Positions 47,898 to 56,182 of a DNA stretch of 64,000 nucleotides are shown piece by piece (the first letter of the stretch is position 1; each line of letters opens with the position of its first letter). Made by a program: the position numbers and the translations under genes. The DNA comes from an uncultured Pseudomonadota bacterium (GTDB taxonomy: Bacteria; Babelota; Babeliae; Babelales; CAIQNR01): positions 4,770 to 68,769 of the forward strand of contig CAZQDJ010000001.1 in assembly GCA_964592275.1 (NCBI GenBank), read 5' to 3'. The notes below the pieces were generated by a model. That model saw only the letters and a program-made list of their open reading frames with translations. It did no database searches and had not been told where the DNA came from.

Positions 47898-48393
47898 CAA
47901 GACGTAAGTATGCACTTCACGTGCAGGGCCAAACAGGTTGCTCACCCAACCTGTTTGGAAACAAGGGTGTAAACGTGCCGTTTAATCGCCAACGGATATG
48001 ATCCGGAAGCGTTGCTCCCGCTTCCTGCTGCATACGCCGTCGTCATACTCCGACGATATGCTCGATGATATCCTTATACGGATTATTATTTATGAATTCC
48101 AATGTCCCTTACTTTGTTTTTCGAAAATGACTATGCATTCACAGCACGTGCGGCGAGGAACGCACGTCGATCTGCCCAATTCCGCATGGGAGGTGAAGGT
48201 GGAAAACCTTCTTGGAGAAAATCAAAAATTTCCGTATCAGATCCATCTTGTATGAGGGGTTGTCGTACGCAAGGATGCAAGCCCGAGTTATGGTCGTTAA
48301 GCGGTCAAGCCGCAGGTTTGCACCCTTGTTTCCAAACAGGTTGGGTGAGCAACCTGTTTGGTGCTGCCCGCAAAGGGCATACTTGCGTCTTGC
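47898..48393. other. GC-rich non-coding element bounded by long inverted repeats (MITE-like, invertible segment, or structured RNA gene)
   Basis: The left arm (47898-47980) and right arm (48311-48393) are reverse complements. They share a perfect 40-bp core (CAAACAGGTTGCTCACCCAACCTGTTTGGAAACAAGGGTG) plus imperfect extensions. Each arm carries a 12-bp-stem hairpin. The interior has several GC-rich hairpins and no convincing ORF. Confidence 0.7.
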
Positions 48394-48485
48394 GCAAAAA
48401 AATAAAGATTCTTGCGCAGATACCGCTTTTTTGATAGGAAATATAGCATATTTTAACGATCCTTTTAACGAAAAAAGAGCCTCAC

Positions 48486-48728
48486 ATGAAAACACAAAAA
48501 TGTTTCTGTTTAGATCTTCTTAAATGTTCTTTTGCTCCTGAAGCTTGCAAATCGGACGCCAGCAAACACGAAGGATCTCATTCTAAGCATCATACCGCTG
48601 AACAAGATCATGGTGTTCATGGAAATCCAGCATCTCAAACAATAGCAAAAGAGTGTCCACTAGGTACTCGGTGCAATTCCGGCAAACATGTTGGCTATAC
48701 CGATATGTGCATAAAGAACAAAAAGTAA
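48486..48728 (+). CDS. small Cys/His-rich hypothetical protein
   Basis: 80-aa ORF with 7 Cys and 8 His (CFCLDLLKC..., HSKHH, CPLGTRCNSGKH). Weak RBS. Coding status uncertain. Confidence 0.3.
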   Translation: MKTQKCFCLDLLKCSFAPEACKSDASKHEGSHSKHHTAEQDHGVHGNPASQTIAKECPLGTRCNSGKHVGYTDMCIKNKK

Positions 48729-48772
48729 ATACTTACACCTGACCCAAAATTATTTGTGATACACTGAAAGGT

Positions 48773-50719
48773 ATGTTTATAGATGTTAAGCTCCTTTCAG
48801 GTTTTTCAAAACCACTTACGTATCAAGTTCCTCAAGATTGGCACATTATCGTGCCAGGAATGCTTGTTAGGGTACCCTTGCGCGCAACACGAGTACCCGC
48901 TTTAGTACTACGAGTTTATAATGAAAAGCCAGACACCTTGTTTGCACTCAAAGAGGCCTGTTACGTCGAACCATTTCCTCAAGATGTTCATTATCTTTCT
49001 TACTTAAGGCAACTCGGTGCTCATCATCTCGTTGATGAAGTACATTTTATAAAACGAATGCAAAGTTTTTTGCACGAAAAAGAACGCTCTGAGCTGTTCT
49101 TTTTAGAAGAGTCAGCAGCTCCAAAAAAAATAGTCACATTAACGGAAGATCAGCAAACCATTGTTGACACATTAAAACCAGCCATCTCCAATTCTCTTTA
49201 CAGCCCTAATCTTATTCATGGAGTAACGGGATCAGGAAAAACAGAAGTCTATAAAGCACTGATTATTCATGCTTTTGCTCTTAAAAAAACAACTATGCTG
49301 TTACTTCCTGAAGTATCCCTTGCAGTACAATTTGAACGGATTCTAAAAGAACAACTTGCTTCTGATATCCCCGTGTTTGCTTTTCATTCAGCAGTAACAC
49401 CCAAACAAAAAAAACTATTATGGCAACATCTTATGCAAAACCAGCCAGTACTTATTATTGGCGTACATCTTCCTGTATTAGCCCCATGCTCAAACTTAGG
49501 GCTCATTATTATTGATGAAGAACACGAAACTGGGTTTCAAGAAAAAAAACACCCAAAAATAAATACTAAGCATGCCGCTTTATTGCGAGCACAACAATAC
49601 CAAATTCCTATCGTACTCGGTTCAGCAACTCCTTCTATTGCCTCACTTTACAATGTACAACACCGTGGATGGCGCTTGTTTTCACTCCAACACCGATTTG
49701 CAGGAAAGTTCCCCACAGTACAAGTAGTTTCACTCACCGATAAAAAACAACGCAAAAATTTCTGGATCAGCAATCAACTTTATGATGCGATAAAAGATCG
49801 TCTCATACGGCGCGAACAAACAATCATCTTTTTAAACCGACGCGGTGTCTGCTTTTTTGTGCAATGCAAAGCATGCTCCTTTATTTTTTCCTGCACTTCA
49901 TGTTCAGTAAGCCTTACGCTTCATGCCGATAACACCCTGCGCTGCCATTATTGTGGGTATCAACACACACAACCCCCCTCTTGCACTAAATGCAGCGGCA
50001 CTGAATTTCTCAAAAAAGGTATTGGTACTGAGCAAATTGTTACCATCTTACAAAAACTGTTTCCTTTTGCGCGCATTGGCAGAGCGGATCTTGATGCAAC
50101 CACCAACAAGCTTTTATGGAAAAAAACGATTACTGATTTTGAAAATAGAGAACTCGATATTCTAGTAGGCACGCAAACAATCACCAAGGGCTATCACTTT
50201 CCGCATGTTACCTTAGTCGGTGCAATCTGGGCAGACATCAACCTTAACTTCCCCTTTTACAATGCGCAAGAAACAACGCTACAGCAACTTATTCAGGTAG
50301 CAGGCAGAGCAGGAAGACAATCACATACGAGCACCGTCATCATTCAGACAATGACTGACCATCCACTCTTTAACCATTTGAATGAAGTGAATTATCTCGA
50401 TTTTTATGAGCAAGAACTTGATCGTAGAAAAATGCTCAGCTATCCCCCGCTCATCCGTTTTGCAGAGATTGAACTCAAACATAAAAATGAAGAGGTTGTT
50501 GACCAAGAGGCACAGCACTGCGCCGCTACTCTTATGCGCTTTGAAGGCATTACGGTTTTAGGGCCTGCGCAACCTCCTGTCGCCCGCATCAAAACAATAG
50601 TAAGTAGAAAAATGTATTTGAAAGCACACAGCTTTACTCTACTACAAAAAGCATTTAGTTCCCTTGATCAAAAAAAGTATAAGAGTACATTATTTTTCAC
50701 TCCAGACCCACTGAGCTAA
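48773..50719 (+). CDS. priA: primosomal protein N' (replication restart helicase PriA)
   Basis: 648 aa. Walker A GVTGSGKTE, DEEH box IIIDEEHE, and a Cys-rich zinc-binding insert (CKACS..CTSCS...CHYCG...CTKCSG). Confidence 0.9.
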   Translation: MFIDVKLLSGFSKPLTYQVPQDWHIIVPGMLVRVPLRATRVPALVLRVYNEKPDTLFALKEACYVEPFPQDVHYLSYLRQLGAHHLVDEVHFIKRMQSFLHEKERSELFFLEESAAPKKIVTLTEDQQTIVDTLKPAISNSLYSPNLIHGVTGSGKTEVYKALIIHAFALKKTTMLLLPEVSLAVQFERILKEQLASDIPVFAFHSAVTPKQKKLLWQHLMQNQPVLIIGVHLPVLAPCSNLGLIIIDEEHETGFQEKKHPKINTKHAALLRAQQYQIPIVLGSATPSIASLYNVQHRGWRLFSLQHRFAGKFPTVQVVSLTDKKQRKNFWISNQLYDAIKDRLIRREQTIIFLNRRGVCFFVQCKACSFIFSCTSCSVSLTLHADNTLRCHYCGYQHTQPPSCTKCSGTEFLKKGIGTEQIVTILQKLFPFARIGRADLDATTNKLLWKKTITDFENRELDILVGTQTITKGYHFPHVTLVGAIWADINLNFPFYNAQETTLQQLIQVAGRAGRQSHTSTVIIQTMTDHPLFNHLNEVNYLDFYEQELDRRKMLSYPPLIRFAEIELKHKNEEVVDQEAQHCAATLMRFEGITVLGPAQPPVARIKTIVSRKMYLKAHSFTLLQKAFSSLDQKKYKSTLFFTPDPLS

Positions 50720-51830
50720 AAATTATCCTCTTTAGCTCTTCATCATTATAAATGTCTTCCACATAAACTTGTGGAGTATGTGCCTGATTAGATTTTCTAC
50801 TTCTATTACGAAACACCTTAATAGGGAAATGCAAAGTTGCTAATGAACTTGGCAAAACCACATCCCGACATTCTAGATAATTCGTATCAACATTGGTAGG
50901 AAGGCCAACTTGCAATACAGGCCCTAATACAAATAACTCATCAAGAAAGTCTAAACAAGCGCTAGCACAATAACTATCAGTAATAACAACTACCCGAGCA
51001 TTCAAATGATTTTCAGAGATCGGCACTTCAGCAGTCTCCACTGAATTATTTAATGACCTATAAAAAGGGTTATCTACTATCAAATTTTTTTCCATTTCAG
51101 AAATGATAACTGAAAACTCAGTTACCACATCACCTTTCCCAAATCGTTTTTCTAACGTTATGAGCAGCTCTTTTAAGTATCCTATGTTCCCTTGACTAGC
51201 ACGCCATTCAACATATTGTTTAGCACGAAGTCTTTTAAAACAAGCGTTACAATACTGTTCCCCATACAAATTTTCTAAAATCTGTGTTCCATAATGAGAA
51301 TTGCCGCCCTTGTTCCCACGTACGTCAAAGATGATAAATTTATTATCTTTATATTTTGGCATTAAGCTTATTATATTTTTAAGAGCATCTTCTTCTTCAG
51401 TACTTTGAGGATAAAATGATGGAATCGTTACCCATACCTGTTGTGGCCCAAGCTCTTTTACACTTGCTAATAACACCTCTCCTTTAGGAGCCTTAGAAAG
51501 ATCATCAGAACCAAAAACTACAGGATCATAGATAAGCCTTAGATGGTTATCTTTGAATCCATTCACAAAAAACTGTAAGCCATCCAAATAGCCAACAGAA
51601 GATGTTATCTGATCGGCTTTATGCAAAGCCTGTGCGTACCCACTAATAAGCCATGCTTTAAACTCAGGGTTTTGATCATCATAAAATCCTGGATGATTTT
51701 CTTTTAAAATTTCATAAATAGCTTTTAAATCTTTTTTATAAATCATTCGCCATGAGTTCATGTTATTTTGATACAAAAATAGGCCTATGGCGACTATTAA
51801 TCCAAGAGCTATAAATAGTTTTTTCAGCAT
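50697..51830 (-). CDS. S41-family (tail-specific/C-terminal processing) peptidase-like protein
   Basis: 377 aa. N-terminal anchor, FDVRGNKGGNS (DLRGNGGG-like), and the ITDSYCASACLDF serine region. Confidence 0.65.
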   Translation of the reverse strand: MLKKLFIALGLIVAIGLFLYQNNMNSWRMIYKKDLKAIYEILKENHPGFYDDQNPEFKAWLISGYAQALHKADQITSSVGYLDGLQFFVNGFKDNHLRLIYDPVVFGSDDLSKAPKGEVLLASVKELGPQQVWVTIPSFYPQSTEEEDALKNIISLMPKYKDNKFIIFDVRGNKGGNSHYGTQILENLYGEQYCNACFKRLRAKQYVEWRASQGNIGYLKELLITLEKRFGKGDVVTEFSVIISEMEKNLIVDNPFYRSLNNSVETAEVPISENHLNARVVVITDSYCASACLDFLDELFVLGPVLQVGLPTNVDTNYLECRDVVLPSSLATLHFPIKVFRNRSRKSNQAHTPQVYVEDIYNDEELKRIIFSSVGLE

Positions 51831-51831
51831 T

Positions 51832-52305
51832 TTACTGAGTTATCCGTTTTTTAATGCGATCGAAAGTTGAAATGAGAACAGGTATTGATTTCTGAACTTG
51901 ATTTAAAAAATCTGCTTGCAACTCTGCCTTGTTAGCATATTCATGTGAAAGATTATTTCTAAGATCACGCAAATCGCTCCATTGATAACTACTATCAATA
52001 ATCTTCAATTTTTCTAGTAAATTAAGTCTATCTAGAACAGCGACTACTGGTTGCTCTTTAATCGTATCTAAAAAATCCGGAAATATCTTGTCTGCCAGGG
52101 TATCCTGCACATGCGTAAATCGAAAAAGTAAAGCGTCACAACGATCCTGTTCATTAAATGTAATATTTTCCACTTTTTCGGCTGTGAAAGGGAATAGGTA
52201 TTCTAAATTCCCCAGTAACCGCTTTATATTAGTTAGATGTATCTCAACTGCATCAAGATTCTCTTCCAACGATTGATTTCTTTTTTTTATTACACGTGCA
52301 TTCAT
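51832..52305 (-). CDS. HEPN-domain protein (HepT/DUF86-like toxin candidate)
   Basis: 157 aa. R-x4-H motif in LRDLRNNLSHEY. Start overlaps the stop of the upstream MNT gene. Confidence 0.7.
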   Translation of the reverse strand: MNARVIKKRNQSLEENLDAVEIHLTNIKRLLGNLEYLFPFTAEKVENITFNEQDRCDALLFRFTHVQDTLADKIFPDFLDTIKEQPVVAVLDRLNLLEKLKIIDSSYQWSDLRDLRNNLSHEYANKAELQADFLNQVQKSIPVLISTFDRIKKRITQ

Positions 52306-52640
52306 ACGAGCTTCACCCCTTCTTCTTTAGCAACTGAATAAATCAATTTATCTTCTGTATCTGATGCTAGGTGTAAAACAACGTCAATTTTTTGTTCTCC
52401 AATAGTAGCCCAAAGGTCACCCACAAACCTTCTTTTTTTCTGATAAGCACTCTCAAGCGACTCTGATGTTTCAATGTATAAATCGATATCACCACCTTTT
52501 TTTTCAAGCTCAACACGTGAACCAAAAATCCAAAGATGGTCATCTAGTCCAAAATTTTTCTTGAATGCAGCCTTTATTGCTTCAACATCATACTCACGCA
52601 ACCGTATTTTAGGATGCATTGCTTTATTCTTTTTTATCAC
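52302..52640 (-). CDS. minimal nucleotidyltransferase (MntA-like antitoxin candidate)
   Basis: 112 aa. GTG start with a GGAG RBS 7 nt upstream. IFGSRVELEKKGGDIDLYIE (G-S...D-x-D). Confidence 0.7.
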   Translation of the reverse strand: MIKKNKAMHPKIRLREYDVEAIKAAFKKNFGLDDHLWIFGSRVELEKKGGDIDLYIETSESLESAYQKKRRFVGDLWATIGEQKIDVVLHLASDTEDKLIYSVAKEEGVKLV

Positions 52641-52666
52641 TTTTTTACTCCTGCAAGCAATCCTGG

Positions 52667-53227
52667 CTAAAACATCGAGCTCGTTTTAAAAAAATGGCGT
52701 TTGTAATGCTTTAATTCATTAATCGATTCATAAATATCATCAAGAGCACGATGACAGTTCTGTTTTTTAAAATTAATTTGTGGATCATTCGGGTACCAGC
52801 GTTTGATAAGTTCTTTAACAGAACTCACATCGATGGTTCGATAAAATAAAAAGTCGTACACTTTTGGCATGTAAAATTTGAGAAAAAATCGATCGAGCCA
52901 TACTGAATTTCCACAAAGAGGTGATTTTTTTTCATAACAATGTTCTTTTAAAAATTCGAGCGTAATACGTTCTGCTTCCTGCATAGAAATTGTTGAGTTA
53001 AGCACTGATTGCATAAGCCCAGTTTTTGTATGCATCCCTATGCACCATGGGTCCATTTTTTTAAGAATTACTTCTGGATGATTAATAACAATAGTCGGCC
53101 CTTCTGCAACAATATCCAAATCTTCCGTGGTAATAACCGTAGCAATTTCCAAAATGGTGTTACCAACAGGATCAAGTCCCGTCATTTCAAGATCTATCCA
53201 CACAAAATGCTTAATATTGGCGCTCAC
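52667..53227 (-). CDS. orn: oligoribonuclease
   Basis: 186 aa. WIDLEMTGLD DEDDh exonuclease motif, and HRALDDI near the C-terminus. Confidence 0.88.
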   Translation of the reverse strand: MSANIKHFVWIDLEMTGLDPVGNTILEIATVITTEDLDIVAEGPTIVINHPEVILKKMDPWCIGMHTKTGLMQSVLNSTISMQEAERITLEFLKEHCYEKKSPLCGNSVWLDRFFLKFYMPKVYDFLFYRTIDVSSVKELIKRWYPNDPQINFKKQNCHRALDDIYESINELKHYKRHFFKTSSMF

Positions 53228-53256
53228 AAGTTACCTTTCTATATTTCTCAAGTTCA

Positions 53257-53643
53257 CTATTCTAGCTCTAATGGAAAAATGTCATCGTCTTCTTTATTGC
53301 TTTCTCTGTCTGACTCTGGACTTTCAATAGTTGCATCATCAAAATTTACAATTTTTTGTACATTCTCTTGTTCTTTCTTCTCTTTATCTTTCACAGCAGA
53401 AGGCTCATTTTTAAGATTATCTTGTTGTATTGAAGCAGAACGAAAACCCGCTATAAATAAAGATTTGCCCCCTGTTGTTTTGTCAGAAAGAGACAGTTGG
53501 CGACGCGGAACTTTAATAGAATAAGTGGTTGGAGCGGTTGAAGCTTTATCAACAAACGTATCTTTTTCAGACCCTCGCACAAAAAAAACTACTCCACACA
53601 AAAATATCATTTGTACCATGCTTTTCATAACCAACTCCTTCAA
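53257..53643 (-). CDS. hypothetical secreted acidic protein
   Basis: 128 aa. Signal-like MVQMIFLCGVVFFVRG and a low-complexity Lys/Glu/Asp-rich C-terminus. Confidence 0.45.
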   Translation of the reverse strand: MKELVMKSMVQMIFLCGVVFFVRGSEKDTFVDKASTAPTTYSIKVPRRQLSLSDKTTGGKSLFIAGFRSASIQQDNLKNEPSAVKDKEKKEQENVQKIVNFDDATIESPESDRESNKEDDDIFPLELE

Positions 53644-53814
53644 ACGTATTGATTTCTTTCTTTTTTTAAAAAATAACGGCAGAAAAGGAAAGTGTACCGT
53701 TTTTCGATTCTTTTAATAGTTCCATAAAATACCATTTCTGCTTGACTAAACCACGCTTCTTTTTATCTTTAGCATGTATACAAAAAAACTATTAGGTAAA
53801 TAAAATAGGTAATC

Positions 53815-56049
53815 ATGACAAGTAAATTAAGAATTGGCGTATTAATGGGCGGATTATCAATTGAACGAGAAGTTTCTTTTAGTTCGGGCCGTACCGTATG
53901 CGATCATCTTGATTCTGAATTATACAATGTCATTCCTCTTTTTCAAACCATTAAAAATCGTCTTTTTGTTCTCCCTTGGCGTTTTTTACATCGAGGAAAA
54001 ATTAGTGATTTTGAAGACCGTCTCACTAAAGAAGCTGAAGAAATAAAATGGGATTCTTTAAAAGATTGTATCGATTTTATGTTTATCGCCCAACATGGCA
54101 GATATGCAGAAGACGGAGCGATACAAGGGTTCTTAGAAGTGCTCGGCATTCCTTACCTTGGATCAAAAATTTTAGGCAGCGCATTAGGCATGGATAAAAT
54201 TCTACAAAAAGAATTTTTGAAAGGGCATGGTGTCACGGTACCTCGAAATATTGTTGTGCGCCCACATGAACTATCTACCTTTGAAAATGATCCAGAAAAA
54301 TTATTTACCATCCTACACGAACAGAACCTTTCATTGCCTGTTGTTGTTAAACCAGCACAAGAAGGATCAAGTTTTGGTATTGCAGTCATATTTAAAAAAG
54401 AAGAACTCCTTCCAGCGCTCTGTACAGCAAGTACCATAACTCCTGGAATCGCGCAAAGCGTCATTATTGAAGATCGCATTGAAGGAATGGAATTTACCTG
54501 CGTCATCATGATTAACCCCATTACCAAAGAACCTTTCTTTTTTCCGATCACCGAAATTTTATATGAACCCGGTGTTTATTTGCATGGCTACGAACAAAAA
54601 TACATGCCTGGACGCTCGGTAAAGTTCACCCCCGCACGTTGTGATAAAGATGCTACAAACATGATTTACAAAACCTGTTTGCACGTTATGAAAGCCTTAG
54701 AGTTCAACACTTTTGGACGCATTGATGGATTTTTGAAAGCTGATGGTTCTGTCATTATTATCGATCCAAACACCTTGTCTGGCCTTGCTCCCTCTGGTTT
54801 CTTTTTTACTCAAGCGGCACAAATAGGGATGAGCCATACGGACGTCATCAATTACCTGATCAAAAATGAATTAAAGGGATATGGTATGGATCAAAACATT
54901 TCCAACGAAATCAACACCACACAAGCACCTTCAAAAAAAATTAAAATCGGCGTACTCCTTGGCGGTCCTTCAAATGAAAAAGAAACATCGTTAAATTCTG
55001 GTCGCAATATTTGCTACAAGCTTTCTCCACAAAAGTATGAAGTGCTCCCTTTGTTTGTTGATGCAAAAACAGAACTTTATCCTCTTAATCAGCAACTACT
55101 TGTTTTAAATGCAACTGCAGAAATTGAGCACAAGCTTGATCGCACCACTAAAATTAACTGGCATGATCTTCCACAACTTGTAGATTTTGTTTTTATTGGG
55201 CTCCATGGAGGACCTGGTGAAAATGGAGCAGTTCAAGGAACCTTAGAAATGCTTGGAATTCCTTACAATGGACCTGGCATAGCAGCAAGCGCTCTTTGTA
55301 TCGATAAATACAAGGCGAATGATTTTCTTCGCACACAAGGGTTTGATGTTCCTGATTCTTTACTCGTTTCAAAGCATGAGTGGCTACTTAATTCAAATTC
55401 ACTTGCTGAAACATGCATTGCACAACTTTCTTTACCAATGATTGTAAAGCCTCATGATGATGGCTGCAGTGTGATGGTTCAAAAAGCAAAAACTAAAGAA
55501 GAGCTTATCACTGCAATTCATGCAGTTTTTGCACAAGCCAAAGATCACGTCATGGTAGAAGAATGCATTATTGGAACAGAACTTACTGTTGGAGTAGTGG
55601 GGAACGAAAACCCACAAGCACTCCCACCAAGCCAAGTTTTTTCATCGGGCGATATTCTTTCCATGGAAGAAAAATTTTTACCAGGAGCAGGCGAAAATCA
55701 AACCCCTGCACTGCTTCCACAAGACATTATTGCACGCGTCAAGCGTACGATGGAACAGGTATTTAAAACTGTTGGATGCACCGGCTATTCCCGTATAGAT
55801 TGCTTTTATCAAACAGCAACTCAAAGTAAAACAGGCAAAGAGCGCATCATTACTCTAGAAATCAACACCCTGCCAGGCTTAACTCCTGCAACCTGCATTT
55901 TTCACCAAGCCGCTGAAGTTGGCATTAAACCAATGGATTTTATCGATCTACTTGTAACCCTTGGCTTTGAACACCACAAAAAAATAATAGCTCCACAAGT
56001 TTTTTCTTCCCTCCAAAATATTCTTTCTCTTAAGCAAAATGGGTATTAA
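53815..56049 (+). CDS. ddl: tandem-fused D-alanine--D-alanine ligase (two complete Ddl modules)
   Basis: 744 aa. Module 1 has LRIGVLMGGLSIEREVSFSSG...GRYAEDGAIQGFLEVLGIPYLGS. Module 2, from about residue 375, has IKIGVLLGGPSNEKETSLNSG...GGPGENGAVQGTLEMLGIPYNGP. Each is followed by an ATP-grasp region. Confidence 0.85.
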   Translation: MTSKLRIGVLMGGLSIEREVSFSSGRTVCDHLDSELYNVIPLFQTIKNRLFVLPWRFLHRGKISDFEDRLTKEAEEIKWDSLKDCIDFMFIAQHGRYAEDGAIQGFLEVLGIPYLGSKILGSALGMDKILQKEFLKGHGVTVPRNIVVRPHELSTFENDPEKLFTILHEQNLSLPVVVKPAQEGSSFGIAVIFKKEELLPALCTASTITPGIAQSVIIEDRIEGMEFTCVIMINPITKEPFFFPITEILYEPGVYLHGYEQKYMPGRSVKFTPARCDKDATNMIYKTCLHVMKALEFNTFGRIDGFLKADGSVIIIDPNTLSGLAPSGFFFTQAAQIGMSHTDVINYLIKNELKGYGMDQNISNEINTTQAPSKKIKIGVLLGGPSNEKETSLNSGRNICYKLSPQKYEVLPLFVDAKTELYPLNQQLLVLNATAEIEHKLDRTTKINWHDLPQLVDFVFIGLHGGPGENGAVQGTLEMLGIPYNGPGIAASALCIDKYKANDFLRTQGFDVPDSLLVSKHEWLLNSNSLAETCIAQLSLPMIVKPHDDGCSVMVQKAKTKEELITAIHAVFAQAKDHVMVEECIIGTELTVGVVGNENPQALPPSQVFSSGDILSMEEKFLPGAGENQTPALLPQDIIARVKRTMEQVFKTVGCTGYSRIDCFYQTATQSKTGKERIITLEINTLPGLTPATCIFHQAAEVGIKPMDFIDLLVTLGFEHHKKIIAPQVFSSLQNILSLKQNGY

Positions 56050-56120
56050 GGAACCAGAAGGTACAGAACGTCGTACTCCATAAAACTTTTCCCTTTTTCA
56101 ATCTCTTGAAAAAAACAGTT

Positions 56121-56152
56121 GATTAATTTTATATTTGAATATGAAATTAATC
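56121..56152. promoter_or_regulatory. 32-bp near-perfect palindrome (operator-like) overlapping a candidate promoter
   Basis: GATTAATTTTATATT-TG-AATATGAAATTAATC (15-bp arms with one mismatch), 31 nt upstream of the ATG at 56183. TTGAAA (56106-56111) and TATATT (56130-56135) with an 18-nt spacer are promoter-like. Confidence 0.4.
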
Positions 56153-56182
56153 ATAGCTATTAAAGTTTAGGGGAGAGAAAGT

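Noticed and set aside
47898-48393. Known housekeeping RNA (RNase P RNA, tmRNA, SRP RNA, 5S rRNA) as the explanation for the GC-rich island
   Set aside because: I looked on both strands for the near-invariant signatures and found none of the decisive ones. For RNase P these were GGAAAGTCC and ACAGAA.CCGGCTTA. For tmRNA they were a GGGG... 5' end with a T-arm GGTTCGA..TCC...CCA 3' end. For SRP it was GGAAGCAGCC-type domain IV. There were only short partial resemblances, such as GAGGAACG, GGAGGTGAAGGTGG and CTCCCATGCGGAATTGGG. This was an eye search only, so a covariance-model search is still needed.
47998-48523. ORF-track entries 47998..48255, 48102..48434, 48139..48495(-) and 48212..48523 as protein-coding genes
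   Set aside because: They mutually overlap in different frames and strands and lack RBS-like sequences. Their translations are Arg/Cys-rich and low in information. They coincide with the inverted-repeat arms, which is the pattern expected from GC-rich non-coding DNA in an AT-rich genome.
50697-50719. 23-nt convergent overlap of the priA and S41-peptidase 3' ends as a regulatory antisense arrangement
   Set aside because: Short convergent overlaps are common in compact genomes. No hairpin or other signal is visible there.
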